From the NCBI RefSeq assembly GCF_965641715.1, contig NZ_OZ282453.1: a DNA stretch of 64,000 nucleotides, one strand, 5' to 3'. A program made the translations under genes and the position numbers. The stretch's first letter is position 1; each line of letters starts with the position of its first letter. The stretch comes from Escherichia coli. GTDB lineage: Bacteria; Pseudomonadota; Gammaproteobacteria; Enterobacterales; Enterobacteriaceae. Under the pieces are notes generated by a model. That model ran no database searches. It had not been told where the DNA came from and saw only the letters and a program-made list of their open reading frames with translations. This document shows, piece by piece, positions 8,750-17,736 of this stretch.

Positions 8750-9625
8750 TCAATGCTCTCCTCTGAACACCTCTTTTCTGTGCCATTCCACAAACTGCTC
8801 GCCCGGATAATTTTCTTTAACCGGTGGCAACGCAATCGCCTTTCCCGCAAAATCCCAGAACAGTCGCTGTACCACTCCACCACCATTTACCGCGCCGGAA
8901 ACCACCACACGCATATTTTCATCCAAGCCAATCGAACCGCGATCAAACGCTTTATGATGGATTGCGCACAATGCCAGGCCATTAGGTACTTCACAAGGGC
9001 CATGGTGCTGCTTCCATCTGATATGAGCAGCTTCCAGAGCAATTGGCGCATTGTCGTGGCGCATGTTGAAGCCGCAGATCGCACACTGATAATTGTAAGC
9101 ACGTAGCACCATCTGGCGGAACTTCGGATCGCGTTGACGGAGAGAGGTGCGAATATCAAAACCCATCTCGTCAGCTATCTCTTCCTGAATACTGGCCGGG
9201 AAATGCGCCTCCAGGAGCTGCTGCGCCAGCGTATCAATTAACCTGTGATTTTTTGCCACCAACGCAAAATTATCGGCATCAAATCCACCAGCGACATTAT
9301 ATTCAATGAGTTCACGTCGGGGCGGCTGGCGGCTACCACTGGTTGAGCACAGTTGTGCGTTTTGTAGTTCCCAGAAGCCATCGCCCTTCAGACGCCAGAA
9401 CGGCATGTCCGGGCGCTGGTCACGGCGCTGCGGTCCATAACGTTCCAGAAGATCCAACAGGGGCTCGTAGATTTCAGAACCATAGTTAAACAGGCGACCA
9501 TGACCCTGCCGATAGTGTGAGAGGACGTGCAGCAGCAATAATGGCTTATGTGGCGCACGTTGTTCGCCTTTGCGCCAGATGGTGATATTTGATATCGCTT
9601 GCTTTAGGGCTTTGTCAGAGGTCAT
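8750..9625 (-). CDS. HNH endonuclease with N-terminal putative DNA-recognition domain (candidate Type IV restriction enzyme)
   Basis: C-terminal HNH motif YQCAICGF...AAHIRWKQHHGPCEVPNGLALCAIHHKAFDRG (CxxC, H, N, CxxHH); ~190-aa N-terminal domain unidentified. Start set at ATG (MTSDKAL); the track ORF extends to a TTG at 9670. Confidence 0.6.
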   Translation of the reverse strand: MTSDKALKQAISNITIWRKGEQRAPHKPLLLLHVLSHYRQGHGRLFNYGSEIYEPLLDLLERYGPQRRDQRPDMPFWRLKGDGFWELQNAQLCSTSGSRQPPRRELIEYNVAGGFDADNFALVAKNHRLIDTLAQQLLEAHFPASIQEEIADEMGFDIRTSLRQRDPKFRQMVLRAYNYQCAICGFNMRHDNAPIALEAAHIRWKQHHGPCEVPNGLALCAIHHKAFDRGSIGLDENMRVVVSGAVNGGGVVQRLFWDFAGKAIALPPVKENYPGEQFVEWHRKEVFRGEH

Positions 9626-9769
9626 TGCGTTGAAGAATCCATGAGCACATATTTGCGATGATGCTCGCAACTATATGTACATTCAAGGCATTATTGCAGA
9701 CATCCTTTTTGCCTGACTGCTCTGTACCTGGCAGATGAAATTCTGATAACAACGGTAAAAAATACAGCG

Positions 9770-9804
9770 ACCAACCAGTCCTAAGCGGGCTGGTTGGTCT
9801 TTTA
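9770..9804. terminator. Rho-independent-type hairpin downstream of integrase gene
   Basis: GACCAACCAG-N11-CTGGTTGGTC with A-run before and TTTT after on the + strand (bidirectional form). Confidence 0.55.
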
Positions 9805-9840
9805 AATTTAAACATCAGCCGAGGAATAACGGCATTCAAC

Positions 9841-11109
9841 TCACTCGCCATTACCCCGATTGATCTTCGCATAGTCAAACGGCGTAATCGCTCTCTCCCG
9901 ATTGGCATCCAGAAAATCAGCCCACCACTGCAACATCAGCTTGCGCTCATCCAGGTGTTCCGCTTTATGGATATACGCCGCCCTCACCGAGCTGCGTTCC
10001 ATATGGCTCATCTGCCTTTCCACCGCATCCTTCGACCATAACCCTGACTCAATCAATGAGCTACAGGCCATTGTGCGGAAGCCGTGGCCGCAAACTTCAA
10101 CCTTAGTGTCATAACCCATCACCCGTAGCGCACTGTTTACCGTGTTCTCGCTCATGGGCTTACGCGGATCGTGATCGCCAATAAAAATCAGCTCATGTTC
10201 GCCACAGAACTGTTTTATCTGCTTCAGGATCGCCAGCGCCTGCTTTGAAAGCGGCACCAGATGCGGTGTACGCATCTTTGAACCTCGCTGAGAATGTTTC
10301 ACACCGGGAATCGGTTCTCGCTCAGGCGGGATGGTCCACATTGACGTTTCAAAATCGATTTCTGACCAGCGAGCAAAACGTAGCTCACTGGATCGAATAA
10401 AGATAAGCAGAGTGAGTTCTGTCGCCCAGCGGGTTAGCGGCCTGCCTGTATAGCTATCTATTTTCTCAAGTAACTCAGGGATACGCTTTAATTCCAGCGC
10501 CGGGCGATGCTGTCGATTGCCAGAGGCGACTGCTCCAGCCATCTCCTGCGCTGGGTTGTAATCAATCAGCCCACTTTGCACTGCATAACGCATAATGGCC
10601 GTGGTACGCTGTTGGAGACGAGAAGCCACCTCAAGACGTCCAGACAGTTCCACCGCTTTAATGGGTGCCAGTAAGTCACGAGTGCCCAATTCGGCAATAT
10701 TGCGAGAACCAATTGCCGGGAAGATATTGTCCTCCAGGCTCTTTTTTACACGATTAGCATGATCTTCTGACCATTTTTGGTTGGTTACGAGCCACTCTCT
10801 GGCAACCTTCTCGAAAGTAATAATCTCTTTCGCCTGCTCTTCTTTCACAGCACGCTTATGCTCACGAGGATCGATACCAGCAGCTACCAGCTTTCTGGCC
10901 TCTTCCCTTTTCTTCCTGGCATCTGCCAGCGAAACATCCGGGTAAACGCCGAACGCCATCAAATGTTGTTTACCGCCAAAACGGAAACGAAATCGCCAAT
11001 ACTTTGAACCGCCAGGTTTTACAAGTAAGGACATGCCATCGCCGTCAACAAGTGAATACTCTTTCTCCTCAGGTTTCGCAGAGCGAACTTTAGTATCCGT
11101 TAGGGCCAT
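9841..11109 (-). CDS. intB: P4-type tyrosine integrase (IntB-like) adjacent to leuX
   Basis: Begins MALTDTKVRSAKP..., ends ...AITPFDYAKINRGNGE; C-terminal catalytic region with R...HxxR...Y pattern; start trimmed from the track ORF (448 aa) to the conserved MALTD start (422 aa). Confidence 0.85.
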   Translation of the reverse strand: MALTDTKVRSAKPEEKEYSLVDGDGMSLLVKPGGSKYWRFRFRFGGKQHLMAFGVYPDVSLADARKKREEARKLVAAGIDPREHKRAVKEEQAKEIITFEKVAREWLVTNQKWSEDHANRVKKSLEDNIFPAIGSRNIAELGTRDLLAPIKAVELSGRLEVASRLQQRTTAIMRYAVQSGLIDYNPAQEMAGAVASGNRQHRPALELKRIPELLEKIDSYTGRPLTRWATELTLLIFIRSSELRFARWSEIDFETSMWTIPPEREPIPGVKHSQRGSKMRTPHLVPLSKQALAILKQIKQFCGEHELIFIGDHDPRKPMSENTVNSALRVMGYDTKVEVCGHGFRTMACSSLIESGLWSKDAVERQMSHMERSSVRAAYIHKAEHLDERKLMLQWWADFLDANRERAITPFDYAKINRGNGE

Positions 11110-11280
11110 AATGGTCTTCCTTCCATTGGTATCTCGTGAGTATACAAGCAATATCGAATCGGCAAATATACTCATTAGTATACTCACAAGCCTGTTGATG
11201 TGGGTTGGTTCAGGTTGACTTCAGTTGAGGAGAAAAGCTGGAAAAGCCTTGCGTGGCGCGGATTTCAGGCATAAAAAAAG

Positions 11281-11306
11281 ACCTCAGTTGAGGTCTATTT
11301 ACATAC
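11281..11306 (-). terminator. leuX terminator
   Basis: On the minus strand AGACCTCAACTGAGGTCT hairpin followed by TTTTTT, immediately 3' of the tRNA. Confidence 0.7.
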
Positions 11307-11309
11307 TTT

Positions 11310-11394
11310 TGGTGCCGAAGGCCGGACTCGAACCGGCACGTATTTCTACGGTTGATTTTGAATCAACTGCGTCTACCGATTTCGCCACTTCGGC
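11310..11394 (-). tRNA. leuX: tRNA-Leu (anticodon CAA)
   Basis: Reverse complement reads GCCGAAGTGGCGAAATCGGTAGACGCAGTTGATTCAAAATCAACCGTAGAAATACGTGCCGGTTCGAGTCCGGCCTTCGGCACCA: cloverleaf with CAA anticodon and CCA end. Confidence 0.95.
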
Positions 11395-11589
11395 ACTGAA
11401 GAGGTATGCGGAAAACGTTGTGGATTATACCTGTCGCACGCCACCATGCAAGCGCCAGCTTGCTCGCACCTCGCTAAGTGCTGAAATTTTCAGCATTGCA
11501 TACAGCGATGTGTAACCTTTGTCACACTCCAGGCACCCCGCCCTGCCATGCTCTACACTTCCCAGACAACACCAGAGAAGGACCAAAAA

Positions 11590-12609
11590 ATGTCGATGAT
11601 AAGAAGCTATGCCGCAAAAGAAGCGGGCGGCGAACTGGAAGTTTATGAGTACGATCCCGGTGAGCTGAAGCCACAAGATGTTGAAGTGCAGGTGGATTAC
11701 TGCGGGATCTGCCATTCCGATCTGACGATGATCGATAACGAATGGGGATTTTCACAATATCCGCTGGTTGCCGGGCATGAGGTGATTGGGCGCGTGGTGG
11801 CACTCGGGAGCGCCGCGCAGGATAAAGGTTTGCAGGTCGGTCAGCGTGTCGGGATTGGCTGGACGGCGCGTAGCTGTGGTCACTGCGACGCCTGTATTAG
11901 CGGTAATCAGATCAACTGCGAGCAAGGTGCGGTGCCGACGATTATGAATCGCGGCGGTTTTGCCGAGAAGTTGCGTGCAGACTGGCAATGGGTGATTCCA
12001 CTGCCAGAAAATATTGATATCGAGTCCGCCGGGCCGCTGCTGTGTGGTGGTATCACGGTCTTTAAACCACTGTTGATGCACCATATCACTGCTACCAGCC
12101 GCGTTGGGGTAATTGGTATTGGCGGGCTGGGGCATATCGCTATAAAACTTCTGCACGCAATGGGATGCGAGGTGACAGCCTTTAGTTCTAATCCGGCGAA
12201 AGAGCAGGAAGTACTGGCGATGGGTGCCGATAAAGTGGTGAATAGCCGCGATCCGCAGGCACTGAAAGCCCTGTCGGGGCAGTTTGATCTCATTATCAAT
12301 ACTGTGAACGTCAGCCTCGACTGGCAGCCTTATTTTGAGGCGCTGGCCTATGGCGGTAATTTCCATACGGTCGGTGCGGTTCTCACGCCGCTATCTGTTC
12401 CGGCCTTTACGTTAATTGCGGGCGACCGCAGCATCTCTGGTTCTGCTACCGGCACGCCTTATGAGCTGCGAAAGCTGATGCGCTTTGCCGCCCGTAGCAA
12501 GGTTGCGCCGACCACCGAACTGTTCCCGATGTCGAAAATTAACGACGCCATCCAGCATGTGCGCGACGGTAAGGCGCGTTACCGCGTGGTGTTGAAAGCC
12601 GATTTTTGA
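11590..12609 (+). CDS. ahr: NADPH-dependent aldehyde reductase, Zn-dependent alcohol dehydrogenase family
   Basis: 339 aa starting [21 protein letters not shown] zinc-ADH motif; start trimmed from the track ORF to the ATG with GAAGGA RBS. Confidence 0.9.
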   Translation: MSMIRSYAAKEAGGELEVYEYDPGELKPQDVEVQVDYCGICHSDLTMIDNEWGFSQYPLVAGHEVIGRVVALGSAAQDKGLQVGQRVGIGWTARSCGHCDACISGNQINCEQGAVPTIMNRGGFAEKLRADWQWVIPLPENIDIESAGPLLCGGITVFKPLLMHHITATSRVGVIGIGGLGHIAIKLLHAMGCEVTAFSSNPAKEQEVLAMGADKVVNSRDPQALKALSGQFDLIINTVNVSLDWQPYFEALAYGGNFHTVGAVLTPLSVPAFTLIAGDRSISGSATGTPYELRKLMRFAARSKVAPTTELFPMSKINDAIQHVRDGKARYRVVLKADF

Positions 12610-12612
12610 AAA

Positions 12613-13176
12613 TCATTCGCAGCGCTGATCTGAGGCGCTGCCCTCTTTCGCACATATTCTGTTTTGTCGTATCGCCAGCACAGCCTGCCGACATTGTTCG
12701 GTGACATTGGCAATATCATGGTTGATATCAATGCGCACAATATCCTGTTCATCTGCTTGTGGACGCTCCAGCGCCTCAAACTGACTTTTTAGTAACGCTA
12801 CCGGCATAAAATGCCCAGCCCGACGCTGCATTCGCGCGAGGATAGTTTCATAGTCGCCATCTAACCAGAGGAAATGAACATGGGGGCTACCCTTGCGTAA
12901 AATATCACGATACTGTTTTTTTAATGATGAACAGACAATAAATCCTGTTTCATTCTTTTTATAAAGACTGTATGAAGCATCATTTAAGCGTTCCAGCCAG
13001 GGAAGTCGATCTTCATCAGATAATGGAATACCCTGCGACATTTTATCTATATTTTTGGCTGGATGAAGATCGTCACCATCAATAAATTTAGCAGATAATA
13101 ACGCGGCAACCTTGCTACCAATTAATGTTTTACCACTCCCTGAAACGCCCATCAAAATAAAGCTTTCACCCGCCAT
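12613..13176 (-). CDS. idnK: Gluconokinase (thermosensitive, idonate pathway)
   Basis: 187 aa; P-loop GVSGSGKT; convergent with ahr with a 3-nt gap. Confidence 0.9.
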   Translation of the reverse strand: MAGESFILMGVSGSGKTLIGSKVAALLSAKFIDGDDLHPAKNIDKMSQGIPLSDEDRLPWLERLNDASYSLYKKNETGFIVCSSLKKQYRDILRKGSPHVHFLWLDGDYETILARMQRRAGHFMPVALLKSQFEALERPQADEQDIVRIDINHDIANVTEQCRQAVLAIRQNRICAKEGSASDQRCE

Positions 13177-13277
13177 TTAAAATCTCCTGAATCATCTTAC
13201 CTGCTGCGATACTACGCCTGGTGGCATAATAATTTCACGTTTTTTTATTTCTGCTGATAAGAATTACAAGGCACATC

Positions 13278-13293
13278 ACGTTATGCGTAACAT
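13278..13293. promoter_or_regulatory. GntR/IdnR-type operator-like site in idnK-idnD divergent promoter region
   Basis: ACGTTA-TGCG-TAACAT, one mismatch from the ATGTTA-N4-TAACAT consensus as recalled; a second GTAACA half-site lies at 13299-13304. Confidence 0.45.
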
Positions 13294-13392
13294 AGTAATG
13301 TAACAATTTTCTGACGTGATCTTCATCACAAATAATGACAATTAAAACCGCTTAAATGCTTCCGAGGTGTCTACCTGACCAGTGAGGAATTT

Positions 13393-14424
13393 ATGCAAGT
13401 GAAAACACAGTCCTGCGTTGTTGCGGGCAAGAAAACTGTTGCCGTTACCGAGCAGACGATAGATTGGAATAATAATGGAACATTAGTACAAATAACCCGA
13501 GGTGGAATTTGCGGTTCCGATTTACATTATTATCAGGAAGGAAAAGTAGGTAATTTCATGATAAAGGCACCGATGGTGTTAGGTCATGAAGTTATCGGTA
13601 AAGTTATTCATAGCGACTCATCAGAATTACATGAAGGGCAAACGGTAGCCATTAATCCGTCTAAACCGTGCGGTCACTGCAAATACTGCATTGAACATAA
13701 CGAGAATCAGTGTACAGAGATGCGTTTTTTTGGCAGTGCCATGTATTTCCCTCATGTTGATGGTGGCTTTACCCGTTATAAAATGGTCGAAACGTCGCAA
13801 TGTGTCCCTTATCCGGCCAAAGCTGACGAAAAGGTTATGGCTTTTGCCGAACCTTTAGCCGTCGCGATTCATGCCGCACATCAGGCCGGCGAGTTACAGG
13901 GCAAGCGAGTATTTATTTCTGGTGTTGGGCCCATTGGCTGCCTGATTGTCAGTGCTGTGAAAACACTGGGGGCCGCGGAAATTGTCTGTGCCGATGTGAG
14001 TCCCCGTTCCCTTTCGCTGGGCAAAGAGATGGGGGCGGATGTGCTCGTAAACCCACAAAACGACGACATGGATCACTGGAAAGCGGAAAAAGGCTATTTC
14101 GATGTCAGCTTTGAAGTGTCCGGTCATCCTTCATCAGTGAATACCTGTCTGGAGGTCACTCGTGCACGCGGCGTAATGGTGCAGGTAGGTATGGGAGGCG
14201 CGATGGCAGAATTCCCAATGATGGCATTGATTGGTAAGGAGATTTCACTCAAAGGCTCTTTCCGTTTTACCAGCGAATTTAATACCGCAGTGTCATGGCT
14301 GGCGAATGGCGTTATCAATCCACTGCCTTTACTGAGTGCTGAATATCCCTTCACTGACCTGGAAGAGGCGCTACGTTTCGCCGGTGATAAAACCCAGGCA
14401 GCAAAAGTCCAGCTTGTTTTCTAA
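13393..14424 (+). CDS. idnD: L-idonate 5-dehydrogenase
   Basis: 343 aa; Zn-ADH motifs (GICGSDLHYY, GHE). Confidence 0.9.
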   Translation: MQVKTQSCVVAGKKTVAVTEQTIDWNNNGTLVQITRGGICGSDLHYYQEGKVGNFMIKAPMVLGHEVIGKVIHSDSSELHEGQTVAINPSKPCGHCKYCIEHNENQCTEMRFFGSAMYFPHVDGGFTRYKMVETSQCVPYPAKADEKVMAFAEPLAVAIHAAHQAGELQGKRVFISGVGPIGCLIVSAVKTLGAAEIVCADVSPRSLSLGKEMGADVLVNPQNDDMDHWKAEKGYFDVSFEVSGHPSSVNTCLEVTRARGVMVQVGMGGAMAEFPMMALIGKEISLKGSFRFTSEFNTAVSWLANGVINPLPLLSAEYPFTDLEEALRFAGDKTQAAKVQLVF

Positions 14425-14447
14425 GAGATAAATAAAGGAATAATACA

Positions 14448-15212
14448 ATGAACGATCTATTTTCACTGGCAGGAAAAAATATCTTGATTACCGGTTCAGC
14501 ACAGGGCATTGGCTTTTTACTGGCAACCGGCCTGGGTAAATATGGCGCACAAATAATTATTAATGATATTACTGCCGAACGCGCAGAACTTGCTGTAGAA
14601 AAACTCCACCAGGAGGGTATTCAGGCCGTTGCCGCACCTTTTAATGTTACTCATAAACATGAAATTGATGCCGCCGTTGAACATATCGAAAAGGACATCG
14701 GCCCCATTGATGTGCTGGTGAATAACGCCGGTATCCAGCGCCGTCATCCTTTTACTGAGTTCCCTGAACAAGAGTGGAATGATGTGATCGCAGTAAACCA
14801 GACCGCCGTGTTCCTGGTATCGCAAGCGGTAACTCGTCACATGGTTGAACGCAAGGCAGGTAAAGTTATTAATATTTGCTCGATGCAAAGCGAACTGGGA
14901 CGTGACACCATCACCCCTTATGCCGCATCGAAAGGGGCGGTAAAAATGCTCACCCGCGGCATGTGCGTCGAGCTGGCGCGCCACAATATTCAGGTCAACG
15001 GTATTGCGCCGGGCTATTTCAAAACAGAAATGACTAAAGCACTGGTTGAGGACGAAGCCTTCACCGCCTGGTTGTGCAAACGGACCCCCGCCGCACGCTG
15101 GGGAGATCCGCAGGAACTGATTGGTGCTGCGGTGTTCCTTTCTTCAAAAGCCTCTGATTTCGTAAACGGCCACCTGTTGTTTGTTGATGGCGGCATGTTA
15201 GTGGCTGTTTAA
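14448..15212 (+). CDS. idnO: 5-keto-D-gluconate 5-reductase (SDR family)
   Basis: 254 aa; SDR Rossmann motif TGSAQGIG and catalytic YxxxK region. Confidence 0.9.
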   Translation: MNDLFSLAGKNILITGSAQGIGFLLATGLGKYGAQIIINDITAERAELAVEKLHQEGIQAVAAPFNVTHKHEIDAAVEHIEKDIGPIDVLVNNAGIQRRHPFTEFPEQEWNDVIAVNQTAVFLVSQAVTRHMVERKAGKVINICSMQSELGRDTITPYAASKGAVKMLTRGMCVELARHNIQVNGIAPGYFKTEMTKALVEDEAFTAWLCKRTPAARWGDPQELIGAAVFLSSKASDFVNGHLLFVDGGMLVAV

Positions 15213-15274
15213 CAGCCCCCCCTACGTGCAGCGCGAAAGCGCTGCTTTTCTGGCACTAATAAGAGATAAAGACT

Positions 15275-16594
15275 ATGCCATTAATCATTATTGCGGCAGG
15301 CGTCGCGCTGCTTCTTATCCTGATGATCGGCTTTAAAGTTAACGGCTTTATTGCCCTCGTTCTGGTAGCTGCCGTCGTCGGATTTGCCGAAGGGATGGAT
15401 GCACAGGCCGTCCTGCACTCTATACAAAATGGTATCGGCAGCACGCTCGGCGGGCTGGCAATGATCCTCGGTTTCGGGGCCATGTTAGGCAAGCTGATTT
15501 CTGATACGGGTGCGGCACAACGTATCGCCACTACGCTGATTGCTACTTTTGGTAAAAAACGCGTGCAATGGGCGCTAGTGATCACCGGTCTGGTTGTGGG
15601 CCTCGCCATGTTTTTTGAAGTGGGTTTTGTCCTGCTGTTGCCGTTGGTATTTACCATCGTAGCATCATCAGGATTACCCCTGTTGTATGTTGGCGTACCA
15701 ATGGTAGCAGCGCTCTCTGTAACCCACTGTTTTCTGCCGCCACATCCAGGGCCTACTGCCATCGCGACTATCTTTGAGGCTAATCTCGGAACGACTTTAC
15801 TGTATGGATTTATCATTACCATTCCGACAGTTATTGTCGCAGGACCGCTGTTTTCTAAACTGCTAACTCGCTTTGAGAAAGCACCACCGGAAGGCTTATT
15901 TAATCCTCATCTGTTTAGCGAAGAGGAGATGCCCTCCTTCTGGAACAGTATTTTCGCTGCCGTGATCCCGGTCATCCTGATGGCTATCGCCGCCGTTTGT
16001 GAAATTACGTTACCGAAAACTAACACCGTGCGCCTCTTCTTTGAATTTGTCGGTAACCCTGCCGTTGCGCTGTTTATTGCCATTGTTATTGCGATGTTCA
16101 CACTGGGCCGACGTAATGGACGCACCATCGAGCAAATCATGGATATCATTGGGGATTCTATAGGCGCTATCGCGATGATTGTGTTTATTATCGCTGGCGG
16201 CGGCGCGTTTAAGCAGGTATTAGTAGATAGCGGTGTCGGGCACTATATTTCACACTTAATGACCGGAACTACGCTTTCGCCGTTATTGATGTGCTGGACT
16301 GTTGCGGCGCTGTTGCGTATCGCTCTGGGCTCTGCCACCGTCGCGGCCATTACCACCGCGGGTGTGGTGTTGCCGATTATCAACGTTACCCATGCCGATC
16401 CCGCTTTAATGGTACTGGCAACCGGTGCGGGCAGCGTGATCGCGTCACACGTAAACGACCCTGGCTTCTGGCTATTTAAAGGGTATTTTAATCTGACGGT
16501 TGGTGAAACGTTGCGTACCTGGACGGTGATGGAAACCCTTATTTCTATTATGGGTTTGCTGGGCGTGTTAGCCATTAACGCCGTATTGCACTGA
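15275..16594 (+). CDS. idnT: Gluconate/idonate transporter (GntP family)
   Basis: 439 aa, highly hydrophobic polytopic membrane protein. Confidence 0.9.
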   Translation: MPLIIIAAGVALLLILMIGFKVNGFIALVLVAAVVGFAEGMDAQAVLHSIQNGIGSTLGGLAMILGFGAMLGKLISDTGAAQRIATTLIATFGKKRVQWALVITGLVVGLAMFFEVGFVLLLPLVFTIVASSGLPLLYVGVPMVAALSVTHCFLPPHPGPTAIATIFEANLGTTLLYGFIITIPTVIVAGPLFSKLLTRFEKAPPEGLFNPHLFSEEEMPSFWNSIFAAVIPVILMAIAAVCEITLPKTNTVRLFFEFVGNPAVALFIAIVIAMFTLGRRNGRTIEQIMDIIGDSIGAIAMIVFIIAGGGAFKQVLVDSGVGHYISHLMTGTTLSPLLMCWTVAALLRIALGSATVAAITTAGVVLPIINVTHADPALMVLATGAGSVIASHVNDPGFWLFKGYFNLTVGETLRTWTVMETLISIMGLLGVLAINAVLH

Positions 16595-16660
16595 AAGAAT
16601 AAAATATTGTGATGTAGTTTCGGGGGAAGATTGAAGATTCCCCCGACGTTGGGAGAAGTT

Positions 16661-17659
16661 ATGCGCAATCACAGAATTTCTTTACAGGATATCGCTACGC
16701 TGGCTGGCGTAACAAAAATGACCGTGAGTCGTTATATCCGCTCGCCGAAAAAGGTGGCAAAGGAAACAGGCGAGCGCATCGCCAAAATTATGGAAGAGAT
16801 CAATTATATCCCTAATCGCGCTCCCGGCATGTTGTTGAATGCACAAAGTTATACCCTCGGTATCTTGATTCCGTCATTTCAAAATCAACTCTTCGCTGAC
16901 ATTCTCGCGGGAATAGAATCCGTCACCTCTGAGCATAATTATCAGACCCTTATTGCTAATTACAATTACGATCGCGATTCCGAAGAAGAGTCGGTGATTA
17001 ACCTGCTCTCTTATAACATTGACGGGATTATACTTTCGGAAAAATATCACACCATCAGGACGGTGAAATTTCTGCGTTCAGCCACCATTCCGGTCGTGGA
17101 ATTGATGGATGTACAGGGAGAACGGCTGGATATGGAGGTCGGTTTTGATAATCGGCAGGCCGCTTTTGACATGGTGTGTACCATGCTGGAGAAGCGAGTC
17201 AGGCACAAAATTCTGTATCTCGGTTCCAAAGATGACACCCGCGATGAACAGCGTTATCAGGGGTATTGCGATGCGATGATGCTGCATAATCTTTCCCCAT
17301 TACGCATGAATCCACGCGCCATCTCATCCATTCATTTAGGAATGCAGTTAATGCGTGATGCCCTTAGCGCAAACCCGGATTTAGACGGTGTATTTTGCAC
17401 CAATGACGATATTGCGATGGGTGCGCTTCTGCTGTGCCGCGAGCGAAACCTCGCCGTGCCAGAACAAATTTCCATTGCGGGTTTTCATGGGCTGGAGATT
17501 GGCAGGCAAATGATCCCAAGCCTCGCCAGCGTAATTACTCCCCGTTTTGATATTGGTCGGATGGCCGCCCAAATGTTGCTGAGCAAAATTAAAAATAACG
17601 ATCACAACCACAACACTGTTGACCTCGGGTATCAGATTTATCACGGCAACACGCTTTAG
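16661..17659 (+). CDS. idnR: LacI-family transcriptional regulator of the idn operon
   Basis: 332 aa starting [17 protein letters not shown] (HTH); start trimmed to the ATG with GGGAGAAG RBS. Confidence 0.88.
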   Translation: MRNHRISLQDIATLAGVTKMTVSRYIRSPKKVAKETGERIAKIMEEINYIPNRAPGMLLNAQSYTLGILIPSFQNQLFADILAGIESVTSEHNYQTLIANYNYDRDSEEESVINLLSYNIDGIILSEKYHTIRTVKFLRSATIPVVELMDVQGERLDMEVGFDNRQAAFDMVCTMLEKRVRHKILYLGSKDDTRDEQRYQGYCDAMMLHNLSPLRMNPRAISSIHLGMQLMRDALSANPDLDGVFCTNDDIAMGALLLCRERNLAVPEQISIAGFHGLEIGRQMIPSLASVITPRFDIGRMAAQMLLSKIKNNDHNHNTVDLGYQIYHGNTL

Positions 17660-17736
17660 GTTATTTTCTCTTCATTACACGTATTCTCTTTGCCGGACGT
17701 TGCCTATACTCCAGGCAGGAAACTGGAGGATATCTC

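Larger units (their letters stand above)
1..11309. mobile_element. leuX-associated genomic island, integrase-proximal part (continues beyond window start)
   Basis: P4-type integrase directly next to the 3' end of tRNA-Leu; cargo absent from the K-12 leuX-ahr junction; compositional heterogeneity with AT-rich genes. Confidence 0.75.

Noticed and set aside
8708-9106. 132-aa plus-strand ORF overlapping the HNH gene
   Set aside because: Antisense to the HNH coding frame; no motifs or RBS.
5862-9625. Considered a Septu-like (ATPase + HNH) system
   Set aside because: The HNH gene is convergent and separated from the NTPase by the nucleotidase-like gene and a hairpin; it does not match the co-directional adjacent arrangement expected.
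9626-9670. N-terminal extension of the HNH ORF to the TTG at 9670 (track 306 aa)
   Set aside because: Rare TTG start with no convincing RBS; the ATG at 9625 (MTSDKAL) is preferred but remains unconfirmed.
11110-11187. N-terminal extension of the integrase ORF (track 448 aa)
   Set aside because: P4-type integrases begin at the conserved MALTDTK; the upstream 26 codons are probably untranslated.
11225-11515. 96-aa plus-strand ORF overlapping leuX
   Set aside because: The region encodes tRNA-Leu and its terminator/promoter on the opposite strand; the ORF is an artefact.
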